Below are positions 34,813 to 44,416 of a stretch of DNA of 64,000 bases, piece after piece. The DNA comes from Chitinophagaceae bacterium (GTDB lineage: Bacteria > Bacteroidota > Bacteroidia > Chitinophagales > Chitinophagaceae): positions 4,712-68,711 of the forward strand of contig JBDSBP010000575.1 of assembly GCA_039921525.1 (NCBI GenBank), read 5' to 3'. A program made the translations under genes and the position numbers. Numbering within the stretch: position 1 is the first letter of the stretch; every line of letters starts with the position of its first letter. The notes beneath the pieces are model-generated. The model saw only the letters and a list, made by a program, of their open reading frames with translations, made no database searches and was not told where the DNA came from.

Positions 34813-37413
34813 TTGAAAAAGAAAGTCTATCTCCTTTTTATAGCCATATTAGTCTTTAAGGCAGGTTTTACCCAATTACAAACAAAGGCTGATAAACCAT
34901 CCAATACCGGACGATTTTATGGCAGAATCATCGATGCGTCTGATAATAAAGGATTAGCATCCGGTTCTGTGCAATTGATTCTCAGGCAGGTTGACAAACA
35001 CACTCAAGCCACGAAAGATTCTCTTGTTGACGGTATGCTTACTTTGAAAAATGGCGATTTTAATTTTGAAAATGTTTCTCTATCGTCTGACCTGGTGTTA
35101 ATTGTAACAGCATTGGGCTTTAAGAAACATGAAGAGAAAATTAATGTAAGCCAGAAAGGTTCAAAAAAGCTGGGATTGGATATGGACCTTGGAAATATTA
35201 AGCTGGCTATTGATCCTAAATTATTGGAAACAGTAACGGTTACATCCGGTAAACCGCTGATGTCTCTCGGCATCGACAGGAAGGTATTTAATGTGGAAAA
35301 AAGTATTACTTCTGCCGGTGGAACTGCCGAAGATGTAATGCGCAGCGTTCCCTCACTCTCGGTAGACATGGATGGTAATGTTACGCTTCGCAACAGCTCT
35401 CCTCAATTATTTGTTGATGGCCGGCCAACCACGATGTCATTAGATCAAATTCCCGCGGACGCAATGGAAAGTGTGGAGATCATAACGAATCCATCTGCAA
35501 AGTTTGATGCATCGGGTGGCGGTGGTGGAATACTAAACATTGTTCTTAAAAAAAATAGAAAAGCCGGGTATAATGGATCATTAAAAACGGGTATTGATCA
35601 ACGTGGACGTTATAGCTTCGGGGGAGATATCAATGTTCGCCAGGGTAAAATAAATATGTTTGTCAGCACTAATTATCGCCAGCGTAAATCCATATCAACA
35701 GGTAAAACAGAGCGTTTAACCATATTGGAAAATGCCAATACCCAATTATATCAAACCGATAATACCATACAGGAAAGATCGAATTTTTTCCTGCGTGCAG
35801 GAATGGATTACTTAATGGATAACAGGAATACAATTACTGTATCGGGATATATTACCGATGGCCGATCCAACAGCAATTCAAGATCAGCCTTGCTTATTGA
35901 CACCATCAATGCAAACGGTAAAAATTCTTCTTTTAGAGAACGCTTGTCACTTCCGGGATCTGAAGCTAAAAATAATGGAGCTACTATAGGTTATAAACAC
36001 CTGTTTGCCAAGTCTGGCAAGGAATGGACCGCCGATATCACCTACACAGGAAGCAATAATACACAGGAAAATAATATCAGCACATCATCATATAATTTTG
36101 TTAACGGGCCATTGAGTAACCATTTCGCCCAGCAAATTAATGGAAGTGGAAACAACGCTAATATTACCTTTCAAACCGATTATGTAAATCCAATTACTAA
36201 AAATTCAAAGATTGAACTGGGAGCCCGCATGCAATTAAAAAGTGCAAAAAACTGGAATAACATCAGTTACCTTAATGAGTCCGGCATATATACCTATATA
36301 CCCCAGCTGTCTTCCAATTATGTGAACAAAAACAACGTGTTAGCAGGGTATGGCAGCTTTTCTAATAAGATCAAAAAGTTTGCTTACCAGCTTGGCCTGC
36401 GTATTGAGAGCTCTGAATCTAACGGAGAAGTTACAACCACGGGTATAAAAGGAAATGACACACTGCTTCATGTTGGTAATCATTTTCCTTTTAGTTTATT
36501 TCCCAGTATATTCCTGACGCAACAACTCGGCAATAGCCAGGAATTACAATTCAGCATCACCCGCAGAATAAACAGGCCTGATTTCTGGCAGTTGTTTCCA
36601 TTCACGGATTATTCCGATTCATTAAATCTGAACAGGGGCAATCCGGACCTTAGACCGGAATTCACATACTCTGCTGAATTAGCCTACGAAAAATCGTTCT
36701 CCGATAAAAATATTTTCCTGGCTTCTGCTTATTTTAAGTATACCGACCAGTTGATTACCCGTTTCCAGGAAGTAGAGGTTAGCCCGGTAACAGGTAAGGA
36801 AAACCTGGTTAGTACTTTTATTAACGCCAACTCGAGTTATACCAGTGGCCTGGAATTTATTTATCGCCAGTCGATGGCCAAGTGGTGGGAAATGACGAGT
36901 AACCTTAACCTGTTTAATACAAAGATTAACCTGGGCAATGCTGCTATCGTTGAACAGAAAAATATTTACAGCTGGTTTGCCAAGCTCAATAACACATTCA
37001 AACTGCCGAAAAACTTTTCATTTGAAGTGAGTAGCGAGTACAGTTCCAGGAGGGTGCTGCCACAGGGCAGTTCCAAGAACGGCGGCGGAAAAGATGGGAT
37101 AATCAACTTCGGGCAGCCAGCGTCTACTGCGCAGGGTTATATCAGGCCACGGTTAGAAGTAGATGCTGCGGTAAGATTCGATTTCCTTAAGAACAAGAAG
37201 GCTTCCCTCACATTACATGTTAGCGATGTTTTTAGAACAGATGCCAGTAATATCTATTCTGAATCTATATATTTCAGACAGGATTCTTATCGCCTTAAAG
37301 ATCCACAATACTTCCGGCTTCATTTCACGTGGCGTTTCGGTAAGTTTGATGCTTCTTTATTCAAGCGAAAAAATAATAAAATAGAAGAAAACCTGGATGA
37401 AAGCGAGAATTAA
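34813..37413 (+). CDS. TonB-dependent-receptor-like outer-membrane beta-barrel protein
   Basis: Signal peptide, N-terminal carboxypeptidase-regulatory-like segment, plug-like region (DVMRSVPSLSVD), long Tyr/Asn/Ser-rich beta-barrel. TTG start. Confidence 0.8.
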   Translation: MKKKVYLLFIAILVFKAGFTQLQTKADKPSNTGRFYGRIIDASDNKGLASGSVQLILRQVDKHTQATKDSLVDGMLTLKNGDFNFENVSLSSDLVLIVTALGFKKHEEKINVSQKGSKKLGLDMDLGNIKLAIDPKLLETVTVTSGKPLMSLGIDRKVFNVEKSITSAGGTAEDVMRSVPSLSVDMDGNVTLRNSSPQLFVDGRPTTMSLDQIPADAMESVEIITNPSAKFDASGGGGGILNIVLKKNRKAGYNGSLKTGIDQRGRYSFGGDINVRQGKINMFVSTNYRQRKSISTGKTERLTILENANTQLYQTDNTIQERSNFFLRAGMDYLMDNRNTITVSGYITDGRSNSNSRSALLIDTINANGKNSSFRERLSLPGSEAKNNGATIGYKHLFAKSGKEWTADITYTGSNNTQENNISTSSYNFVNGPLSNHFAQQINGSGNNANITFQTDYVNPITKNSKIELGARMQLKSAKNWNNISYLNESGIYTYIPQLSSNYVNKNNVLAGYGSFSNKIKKFAYQLGLRIESSESNGEVTTTGIKGNDTLLHVGNHFPFSLFPSIFLTQQLGNSQELQFSITRRINRPDFWQLFPFTDYSDSLNLNRGNPDLRPEFTYSAELAYEKSFSDKNIFLASAYFKYTDQLITRFQEVEVSPVTGKENLVSTFINANSSYTSGLEFIYRQSMAKWWEMTSNLNLFNTKINLGNAAIVEQKNIYSWFAKLNNTFKLPKNFSFEVSSEYSSRRVLPQGSSKNGGGKDGIINFGQPASTAQGYIRPRLEVDAAVRFDFLKNKKASLTLHVSDVFRTDASNIYSESIYFRQDSYRLKDPQYFRLHFTWRFGKFDASLFKRKNNKIEENLDESEN

Positions 37414-37480
37414 TGGTTAATGGTTAATGGTTAATTGTTAATGGTTAATTGTTAATGGTTAATTGTTAATGGTTAATTCT
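37411..37480. repeat. 10-unit tandem heptamer array TAATGGT/TAATTGT
   Basis: Starts with the TAA stop of the outer-membrane receptor (37411-37413). Confidence 0.92.
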
Positions 37481-37512
37481 ACTTTGACAAGTTATGAAGT
37501 GTTCTGTTGCAT

Positions 37513-37625
37513 CTCTGTATAACAAATATATTACACAGAGTTACACGGAGAAGGCACGGAGTTTCACGGAGGGCCTCCGTGTATCTCCGTAAACCCTCTG
37601 TGTAACAAATGTATCTCGCAGAGTT
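37513..37625. repeat. cluster of nested CACGGAG/CACAGAG palindromes (REP-like)
   Basis: TTACACAGAG TTACACGGAG AAGGCACGGAG TTTCACGGAG GGC CTCCGTG TAT CTCCGTAA ACCCTCTGTGTAA; nested inverted repeats. Confidence 0.75.
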
Positions 37626-37678
37626 AATGAATGTTCGAAAGTGAACGGAAACTGACTAAAGCAACCTGGTGTATTGGC

Positions 37679-37708
37679 TCATACCTCATACCTCATACCT
37701 CGTACTCA
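37679..37708. repeat. tandem heptamer array CTCATAC x3 plus CTCGTAC (reverse complement of the GAGGTAT family)
   Basis: Its last unit overlaps the DUF2911 stop codon (37706-37708). Confidence 0.85.
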
Positions 37709-38539
37709 TTTCAACCCCGCGATCAGCTTTTCATTCAACTTTACATAATCATTATTCTTTGCCTCTGTTGCCAGCTCGATAGACTTTTTTGCGGTGGCGA
37801 TTGCGCCTGCTTTATCTCCCTGTTTGGCCTGTATTTTTGCCATCAGGTGAACCATATAATAAGCTTTAGGTTCCGCTTCAACAGCTTTAGCGGCCCATTC
37901 TTTGGCTTTTTTCAAGTCTTTACCGTTATCATAATAATAAGAGGCTGCTGCAAAATAGGGAGGTTTATCAGATTTCATCGCTTCCTCAATCTGTGCCATC
38001 ACCTTACTATCTACTTCCGTTTTAATAGGAAGCACTACATGGGTGGTTTCCCAGTTTAAATGAAGTTCGCAACTGGTGGCTTTAACATTGGCGAATAATA
38101 GGGTGAATGTTTCTACCGGGTCCTTTATAGCAACCGGTTTGGCAGTAACTCTTACCACATCGCTTTCTTTTTTATAAGCGTCGGGGCTTGTAACATCTAC
38201 CTGTTTGGAAATGATGATTATCCAGCTGTCCTTACCCGGAATAGTCAGCAGGCCATATTTACCCGCAGGAATTTTGGTGCCTCCGATTACAACTTCATCA
38301 CCAAAAGTTAATGTGGTAGCCTGGTTGGCGCCGGTTCTCCAGATGGCTCCAAACGGCACCAGGTCTCCCATCACTTTCCTTCCTTTTATGCCGGGGCGGG
38401 AATAAGATAACTCAATATTGGACAGGCCAAAATCTTGTTTAATGGTTTGTGTAGGGCTAGGGGAGGGTGTCTTTAATTGTGCATAGGAAAGCACCTGCGA
38501 GGCACAAGCAACAAGCAATACAAAGAAATATTTTTTCAT
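37706..38539 (-). CDS. DUF2911 domain protein with C-terminal TPR-like region
   Basis: Signal peptide MKKYFFVLLVACAS from the ATG at 38537-38539. GAIWRTGANQATTLTF motif is typical of DUF2911. Confidence 0.75.
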   Translation of the reverse strand: MKKYFFVLLVACASQVLSYAQLKTPSPSPTQTIKQDFGLSNIELSYSRPGIKGRKVMGDLVPFGAIWRTGANQATTLTFGDEVVIGGTKIPAGKYGLLTIPGKDSWIIIISKQVDVTSPDAYKKESDVVRVTAKPVAIKDPVETFTLLFANVKATSCELHLNWETTHVVLPIKTEVDSKVMAQIEEAMKSDKPPYFAAASYYYDNGKDLKKAKEWAAKAVEAEPKAYYMVHLMAKIQAKQGDKAGAIATAKKSIELATEAKNNDYVKLNEKLIAGLK

Positions 38540-38602
38540 GCTAACAAGTTTTAGCCTCAAATTTACTTCAATAGCACCCAAGCAAAAAATTTGTTATCAG
38601 TA

Positions 38603-39913
38603 TTAAAAATTGACGGTGATCAAAGCTTTTGTTTTTTTGTTTTTTAATACTTTCCAGGGTGGCCCCTCTTTAATTAAACGGATGGCTTCTTCATCTATCC
38701 ATGAAGAAAGAGATTTTACTATTTTAAAATTACTCAGTTCGCCCTTTTTGCTTACTAAAAACGATACTACCACTTTTCCATGTTGGTTGTTTTGCTGCGC
38801 CTGGATTTTTTTATTGCTTTCAATGTAATGGTTAAACGAATCCAGTCCGTTTACAGGTACTGCTTCCTGAAATTCTGTGGACGTCTCTTCTGTTTTCACA
38901 CTTCTTTTTTTGTCAGCTCCATATCCGACTACCACTACCTCGTTTAAAGATTGATTTGCTGCTTTGAGCCTAATTTCATTACTGGTACGATTGCCCTGCA
39001 GGTTCATTTTAGCAGTTTCAAAGCCTACGCTGCTAATTACAACAGATGCCATTGTGTCTGGCAATGTAAATTGGAAATACCCGTTAGAATCCGTAACATA
39101 CGCGGTATCCATTTTATTTAATGGAAGAGATATAGCTGCATTGGAAACAGGCTGATCATTTTGATTGACAACTTTTCCGCTGAATACACTTACAGGTTTG
39201 CTTTTATAATAAGCCTGTTGTTTTCTGCTTGCCATCACCTCCTTATTCAAAATGTCGCCGCTTCTCTCCCTTTCTGAGGAGGAAGAAAGATCATTCGAAT
39301 CTTTTTGTGCAGAAATGTTCCCTGATTTTTTTTCCTGCGGTGCCATGGTTACAACGGGTGAAGCCGGTTTTAATGAAGTGACAGGATTAACCGATTTTTT
39401 CAATGGCACCTGCGCTCTTTCAGGAACGGCATCTGCCTGCCTGTTTTCTACTTCGTTACGGGCAATAAGCGTTGAATCAACAACGCCGGAAGCTACGACA
39501 GGGGATGAATCCATTGCCATAGCTTTTTGTTCCTTTGTATTATTTTTTGCAATGACCGTTTTATCTGTTACTGAATTAATAGTAAAATAATAAATCACGG
39601 TTCCGGAACCAGCCAGTAATAAAAACATTGCCGCAATTTTCCACCATTGGGTTCTATAAAATGGAATGATTTTTTTATGCGTAGCCTCAATTCTCTTTTT
39701 AAGTAGCGCGCGCAATTCATCCAGGTCGCCTGTTGTACCAGCTTCACCTCTTCCCACTTTGTTACTATACCCTTCTATAGCATCGGCGAGGAAAGGATCT
39801 TCCATAGCAGTCCTTTCCATGGCATTCATCTCCCCCACAGACATCTGTCCATCCAGGTAACGCTGAATATCCGCAGCGCTATAAAGTATCTTATCGTTAT
39901 TATTATTATTCAA
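38603..39913 (-). CDS. anti-sigma-like membrane protein with CarboxypepD_reg-like and C-terminal TonB_C domains
   Basis: N-terminal cytoplasmic segment, then one TM helix (WWKIAAMFLLLAGSGTVIYYF). C-terminus (GKVVVSFLVSKKGELSNFKIVKSL..DEEAIRLIKEGPPW) resembles TonB_C. Sits directly downstream of the ECF sigma gene. Confidence 0.65.
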   Translation of the reverse strand: MNNNNNDKILYSAADIQRYLDGQMSVGEMNAMERTAMEDPFLADAIEGYSNKVGRGEAGTTGDLDELRALLKKRIEATHKKIIPFYRTQWWKIAAMFLLLAGSGTVIYYFTINSVTDKTVIAKNNTKEQKAMAMDSSPVVASGVVDSTLIARNEVENRQADAVPERAQVPLKKSVNPVTSLKPASPVVTMAPQEKKSGNISAQKDSNDLSSSSERERSGDILNKEVMASRKQQAYYKSKPVSVFSGKVVNQNDQPVSNAAISLPLNKMDTAYVTDSNGYFQFTLPDTMASVVISSVGFETAKMNLQGNRTSNEIRLKAANQSLNEVVVVGYGADKKRSVKTEETSTEFQEAVPVNGLDSFNHYIESNKKIQAQQNNQHGKVVVSFLVSKKGELSNFKIVKSLSSWIDEEAIRLIKEGPPWKVLKNKKTKALITVNF

Positions 39914-39925
39914 TCATCTTTTATA

Positions 39926-39946
39926 TTAACAATTAACAATTAACCA
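39926..39946. repeat. tandem heptamer array TTAACAA x2, TTAACCA
   Basis: Contains the ECF sigma stop codon (39933-39935) and encodes its last residues, TMVNC. Confidence 0.8.
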
Positions 39947-40514
39947 TTGTCCCCGCTTCTATGCAAATCTTTAAATTTCTTCTGCCGTTCTGGATAAGGC
40001 TTCGGACTTTACTGACGTCTGTACCTGTTATATCAGCAATTTCTTTGTAGCATTTATTCTGCAGATAAAACAATTCAACGCTCTCTTTTTGTTCGGTCGA
40101 TAATTTTTGTAAGCATTGTTCCATTTTTTGCAGGTTTTCTTCCTTTTGAAATACAATATCCAGATGCTCATTTTCTGCCGATTGCATAACCAACGGGTTG
40201 AATTCAACTGTTTTTATGTTTTTAGGGCTTCGCAATTGCATCAGGCAATGGTTTTTAGCCAATGTATACAACCAGTTCCTAAAATTATCAATTTCATATC
40301 TATGTATTTTTAGTATCAATTCTTCAAAGATCTGCATAACGGCATCTTTAGACTCTTCTGTATTCTTAAGGTACTTAAGGCATACGCCATATACCAGTTC
40401 CATATAACGTTCGTATAAAACGCCCATCAATTTTGGATCGTTAGATTGCTTATACGCCCTTACCAGTTCAAGATCAGGAGGACCAGGGGTTGATATGTTT
40501 TTTAAAAAAGACAA
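39933..40514 (-). CDS. ECF-type RNA polymerase sigma-70 factor
   Basis: Region 2 (FRNWLYTLAKNHCLMQLR) and region 4 HTH (YKEIADITGTDVSKVRSLIQNGRRNL). Confidence 0.85.
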   Translation of the reverse strand: MSFLKNISTPGPPDLELVRAYKQSNDPKLMGVLYERYMELVYGVCLKYLKNTEESKDAVMQIFEELILKIHRYEIDNFRNWLYTLAKNHCLMQLRSPKNIKTVEFNPLVMQSAENEHLDIVFQKEENLQKMEQCLQKLSTEQKESVELFYLQNKCYKEIADITGTDVSKVRSLIQNGRRNLKICIEAGTMVNC

Positions 40515-40628
40515 TTCTTTCTAAAAGGAGCCAGACAATTTAAAGCAAAGAACGCAAAGAAGTTTAAAATATTTTTTAAATAGTATGTAATTCGAATAAT
40601 TGGCGCATCAGCTTTAAAACAATTAGAT

Positions 40629-42629
40629 ATGCGATATATAATAGTAAGCTCCATGCTCTTTCTTTTGGTAATGATATCATTTCGTTCACCTCACAGCCTC
40701 ACAATTAAAGGTAAGGTAAAAGATAATAGGGGCACTCCCCTGAGTGGTGTGTCAGTTACTGAAAAGGGTACTACCAACCACACTTCCAGCGATAACAACG
40801 GTGATTTCAGCATTACGGTAACGAATGAAAAATCAAAACTGTTGTTTTATTTGAATGGCTTTATATCCACCGTGCTTCCTGTGCCAGCTAAGGGAAATAT
40901 GATGGTTGTATTAAAGGCCGGTAAGGACAATACAAACAGTACTGCCACTACAGATAAAAAGACGATGATGATAAACAGATCCGAGCCATTGCTTGCCAGT
41001 CGCTCTGATATGGCGGCTATGGGTAAGGTAAAAACTGGCTTTTATTATGTACCTTCTTGCCGTGGAACACAACCGGCGGCACCTATAGTTAATCAGGGCA
41101 ATATATATCCGGACCCCCGGAACGAGGAAAAATCGGGAATGAATAATGAATTCAACACGGAGGACTATGATGCTATCGTCGAGAACAGGTTTCTTGCTGT
41201 AACCGATAATGCATTGTCAACTTTTTCTATCGACGTAGATGCGGCTGCGTATAGTAATATCCGGCGTTACCTGAACGCAGGACAACTACCACCGGCGGGC
41301 TCCGTAAGAATTGAAGAGATGATCAATTATTTTCATTACGATTATCCGCAACCGTTAGGAGATGCACCCTTTTCAATAAATACCGAAATGGCCGACTGTC
41401 CCTGGAATTCAAAACACCAACTGGTGCTTATTGGATTGCAGGGCAAAAAAATACCTACGGAAAATCTGCCTCCATCGAATATTGTATTCCTGATTGATGT
41501 GTCAGGCTCTATGATGTCTGAAAATAAATTGCCACTGGTGCAATCTTCCATGAAATTATTAGTTGACCAGTTGCGCGAACAGGATAAAGTTTCCATCGTG
41601 GTGTATGCCGGTAATGCAGGCCTGGTGCTGCCTTCAACCAGCGGGTCAGAGAAAATAAAAATAAAGGACGCCATCGATAAACTGCAGGCCGGGGGTTCTA
41701 CCTCCGGTGGTGAAGGTATTAAATTGGCGTACAAAACAGCTAAGGGCAATTTTATAACCAAAGGAAACAACCGGGTAATATTATGCACCGATGGCGATTT
41801 TAATGTTGGCGTAAGCAGTGATGCAGAGCTGGAAACAATGATTGAACAGGAACGTAAAAGTGGGGTGTTCCTTACTGTTCTGGGTTATGGAATGGGTAAT
41901 TATAAAGATAACAAAATGCAGAAACTCGCCGACAAAGGTAATGGCAATCATGCATATATTGATGGTTTAAACGAAGCTAAAAAAGTGCTGGTACATGAAT
42001 TTGGCGGTACATTATTTACTATCGCCAAAGACGTAAAACTACAGGTTGAATTTAACCCCGCAAAAGTGCAGGCCTACCGGTTAATCGGGTACGAAAACCG
42101 TTTGTTAAACAAAGAAGATTTTAACAATGATATCAAAGATGCCGGTGAACTGGGTAGCGGGCATACTGTAACTGCGTTATATGAAGTTATCCCGGTTGGT
42201 GTGAAGAATGAATTTTTAGAAAAAGTGGATTCTCTTAAATACCAGCACCAAAATAAATCTATTGATAAACTGTCTGATCACAATGGTGAAGTAATGACCA
42301 TTAAATTCCGGTATAAGAAACCGGATGAGGATATAAGTAAATTGATTGAACATGCGGTTACTTATAAGCCATCTTTTTTTGCAAATACATCTTCCAATTT
42401 CAGATTTGCCGCTGCTGTTACTGAATTTGGGATGTTGTTACGGAATTCGGAATTTAAACAATCATCTTCCTTTCAGCAAGCCTGGCTGCTTGCCAAAGAT
42501 GCGGTGGGTAATGATGATGAAGGCTATCGCACAGAATTTCTGCAACTGGTGAAGAATGCGCAATCTGTTGTGAAATTGGAGAAGAAAACAGATACGGTAT
42601 TTGTAGATGCACAGGTGAATTATAAATAG
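40629..42629 (+). CDS. von Willebrand factor type A domain protein (YfbK-like)
   Basis: MIDAS motif DVSGSM, then GGST and CTDGDFN. N-terminal CarboxypepD_reg-like segment. Confidence 0.85.
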   Translation: MRYIIVSSMLFLLVMISFRSPHSLTIKGKVKDNRGTPLSGVSVTEKGTTNHTSSDNNGDFSITVTNEKSKLLFYLNGFISTVLPVPAKGNMMVVLKAGKDNTNSTATTDKKTMMINRSEPLLASRSDMAAMGKVKTGFYYVPSCRGTQPAAPIVNQGNIYPDPRNEEKSGMNNEFNTEDYDAIVENRFLAVTDNALSTFSIDVDAAAYSNIRRYLNAGQLPPAGSVRIEEMINYFHYDYPQPLGDAPFSINTEMADCPWNSKHQLVLIGLQGKKIPTENLPPSNIVFLIDVSGSMMSENKLPLVQSSMKLLVDQLREQDKVSIVVYAGNAGLVLPSTSGSEKIKIKDAIDKLQAGGSTSGGEGIKLAYKTAKGNFITKGNNRVILCTDGDFNVGVSSDAELETMIEQERKSGVFLTVLGYGMGNYKDNKMQKLADKGNGNHAYIDGLNEAKKVLVHEFGGTLFTIAKDVKLQVEFNPAKVQAYRLIGYENRLLNKEDFNNDIKDAGELGSGHTVTALYEVIPVGVKNEFLEKVDSLKYQHQNKSIDKLSDHNGEVMTIKFRYKKPDEDISKLIEHAVTYKPSFFANTSSNFRFAAAVTEFGMLLRNSEFKQSSSFQQAWLLAKDAVGNDDEGYRTEFLQLVKNAQSVVKLEKKTDTVFVDAQVNYK

Positions 42630-42650
42630 ATGATCGAGATCGACTAAAAA

Positions 42651-42675
42651 GAGGGTTCTACCAGGTAGAACCCTC
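42651..42675. terminator. bidirectional hairpin terminator between the VWA gene and xerD
   Basis: GAGGGTTCTA (42651-42660) pairs with TAGAACCCTC (42666-42675). Loop is CCAGG. An A-run precedes and T-rich sequence follows. Confidence 0.55.
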
Positions 42676-42730
42676 TTATGCGGTTATAGTCAGCTTTCTC
42701 TTGAAATCTAATCTTTATTTCATAATTGGA

Positions 42731-43630
42731 TTATTTGAATGCAGGATGAAACTGGTGTAACGTATTTCTTAAATACTCCCTGTCCAGATGCGTATAAATT
42801 TCCGTGGTGGTGATGCTTTCATGTCCCAGCATTTCCTGTACGGCCCTTAGATCTGCACCGCCTTCTACGAGGTGCGTTGCGAAGGAATGCCTAAAGGTAT
42901 GCGGGGAAATATTTTTTGTAATGCCTGCTTTTTTAACCAGGTCTTTTAAAAGCAGGAAAATCATCACCCGCGAGAGTTTACTGCCGCGACGATTTAAAAA
43001 TAAAAAATCTTCCTGGCCTGTTTTAACGGCTATGTTTTTCCTGATTTCCTTTCGATAGATATCGATGTATTTGATGGCCGAACTTCCAATAGGAACTAAC
43101 CTTTCCTTATCACCTTTTCCTATCACCCTAATAAAACCAACATCCATATACAAACCTGAAATACGGAGGTTTACTAATTCACTGACCCGTAAACCGCAAC
43201 TATACAGGGTTTCAAGTATGGCCTTGTTGCGTCCACCTTCCTGCTTGCTTAAATCTATAGCAGCGATGATACTTTCTATTTCTTCAAAGCTCAGGATATC
43301 CGGTAAGGCACGTTTGAGGGTAGGTGCTTCCAATAACGAAGTCGGGTCTTTGCGTGATATGTTTTCAATAAGGCAATACTTATAAAAGCTGCGGATGCCG
43401 GAGATGATCCGTGCCTGCGATCCCGGTGTCATACCCAGTTCGCCGATCCATTTTACAAAGGCCTGCAGGTGTTTCAGTTCTATACCATCAGGCGTTTTCA
43501 TGGAATCGCTTACCTGGAGGAATTGTGTAAATTTTTCAATATCCCTGAGATAAGCCTCCACTGAATTATCTGACAACGATCGTTCTAACTGAAGCCATGC
43601 TTTAAATCCTTTTTTGTACGGATACCACAT
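42731..43630 (-). CDS. xerD: site-specific tyrosine recombinase XerD
   Basis: HTFRHSFATHL and LGHESITTTEIYTHL catalytic motifs, SAM-like N-terminal domain, 299 aa. Confidence 0.88.
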   Translation of the reverse strand: MWYPYKKGFKAWLQLERSLSDNSVEAYLRDIEKFTQFLQVSDSMKTPDGIELKHLQAFVKWIGELGMTPGSQARIISGIRSFYKYCLIENISRKDPTSLLEAPTLKRALPDILSFEEIESIIAAIDLSKQEGGRNKAILETLYSCGLRVSELVNLRISGLYMDVGFIRVIGKGDKERLVPIGSSAIKYIDIYRKEIRKNIAVKTGQEDFLFLNRRGSKLSRVMIFLLLKDLVKKAGITKNISPHTFRHSFATHLVEGGADLRAVQEMLGHESITTTEIYTHLDREYLRNTLHQFHPAFK

Positions 43631-43719
43631 ATTTTAAGGTATTTTAAATTGCAGATGGCTGAGTAACGGAATAATATTAATTTAGGCTTTCCAATCAAAA
43701 TTCGCATTTCAAGCTTAAT

Positions 43720-44223
43720 ATGAAAATTAATCTTCGATTATTCAATAAAAATGTCCTTCTCTACAAAAGGATTTTCAAAAGATTTTTAAGTAAGCTGGAA
43801 AAAAATCCACCAAAAGACCTGGACAAACTCGCCGAAGTGGTGAATGACGCTGTTTGGAAAGAAGTAGATTGCCTTACCTGTGCCAACTGCTGCAAAACAA
43901 TGTCGCCCACTTTTACGGTTAAAGATATAAAACGCATATCGTTGCATTTGGATATGAAACCTAAGGCCTTCCGGGAAAAATATTTATATCTCGAAAAAAA
44001 GGATAAAGACTGGATGAATAAACAACAGCCCTGCCAGTTCCTGGACCTGAGTAATAATAGGTGCTCCATTTATGAAGTGAGGCCAGCCGACTGTGCAGAT
44101 TTTCCCCATCTTACTAAAAAGAAAATGGTAGACTACATACATGTACACAAACAGAACGTGCAGTATTGTCCGGCGACTTTTAAGATGGTAGAGAAGATGA
44201 AGGCTTTGGTGAATGGGATCTAA
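43720..44223 (+). CDS. YkgJ-family cysteine-cluster protein (UPF0153)
   Basis: CLTCANCCK and CQFL..CSIYEVRPADC cysteine patterns. Confidence 0.7.
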   Translation: MKINLRLFNKNVLLYKRIFKRFLSKLEKNPPKDLDKLAEVVNDAVWKEVDCLTCANCCKTMSPTFTVKDIKRISLHLDMKPKAFREKYLYLEKKDKDWMNKQQPCQFLDLSNNRCSIYEVRPADCADFPHLTKKKMVDYIHVHKQNVQYCPATFKMVEKMKALVNGI

Positions 44224-44252
44224 TGTCTTGTTAACCGTAATTTAATGCTTTT

Positions 44253-44377
44253 GCTGTCAGCTATCAGCTATCGGCTATCAGGAGGAAATTACTCACATTG
44301 ACCTGCTGAACGCTGATAGCCGATAGCCGATAGCCGATAGCTGACGGCCGATAGCTGACAGCCGATCGCTGATATCA
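44253..44377. repeat. inverted pair of heptamer arrays (GATAGCY family), 4 and 10 units, spacer of about 25 bp (element D)
   Basis: Left arm is GCTGTCA GCTATCA GCTATCG GCTATCA (44253-44280). Right arm is GAACGCT GATAGCC x3 GATAGCT GACGGCC GATAGCT GACAGCC GATCGCT GATATCA (44308-44377). Confidence 0.9.
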
Positions 44378-44416
44378 AAGTAACCAAACCCCTTCGTGTT
44401 CTTTCCTGGCACATTT

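Noticed and set aside
37631-38059. 142-aa plus-strand ORF
   Set aside because: It is antisense to the DUF2911 gene, which has a signal peptide and a family motif. Its composition (Cys/Phe-rich) is not protein-like.
42731-43630. Whether the tyrosine recombinase marks an integrated mobile element
   Set aside because: Its length, N-terminal SAM-like domain and C-terminal motifs fit chromosomal XerD. The neighbours are housekeeping genes. No att-like direct repeats or tRNA were seen.
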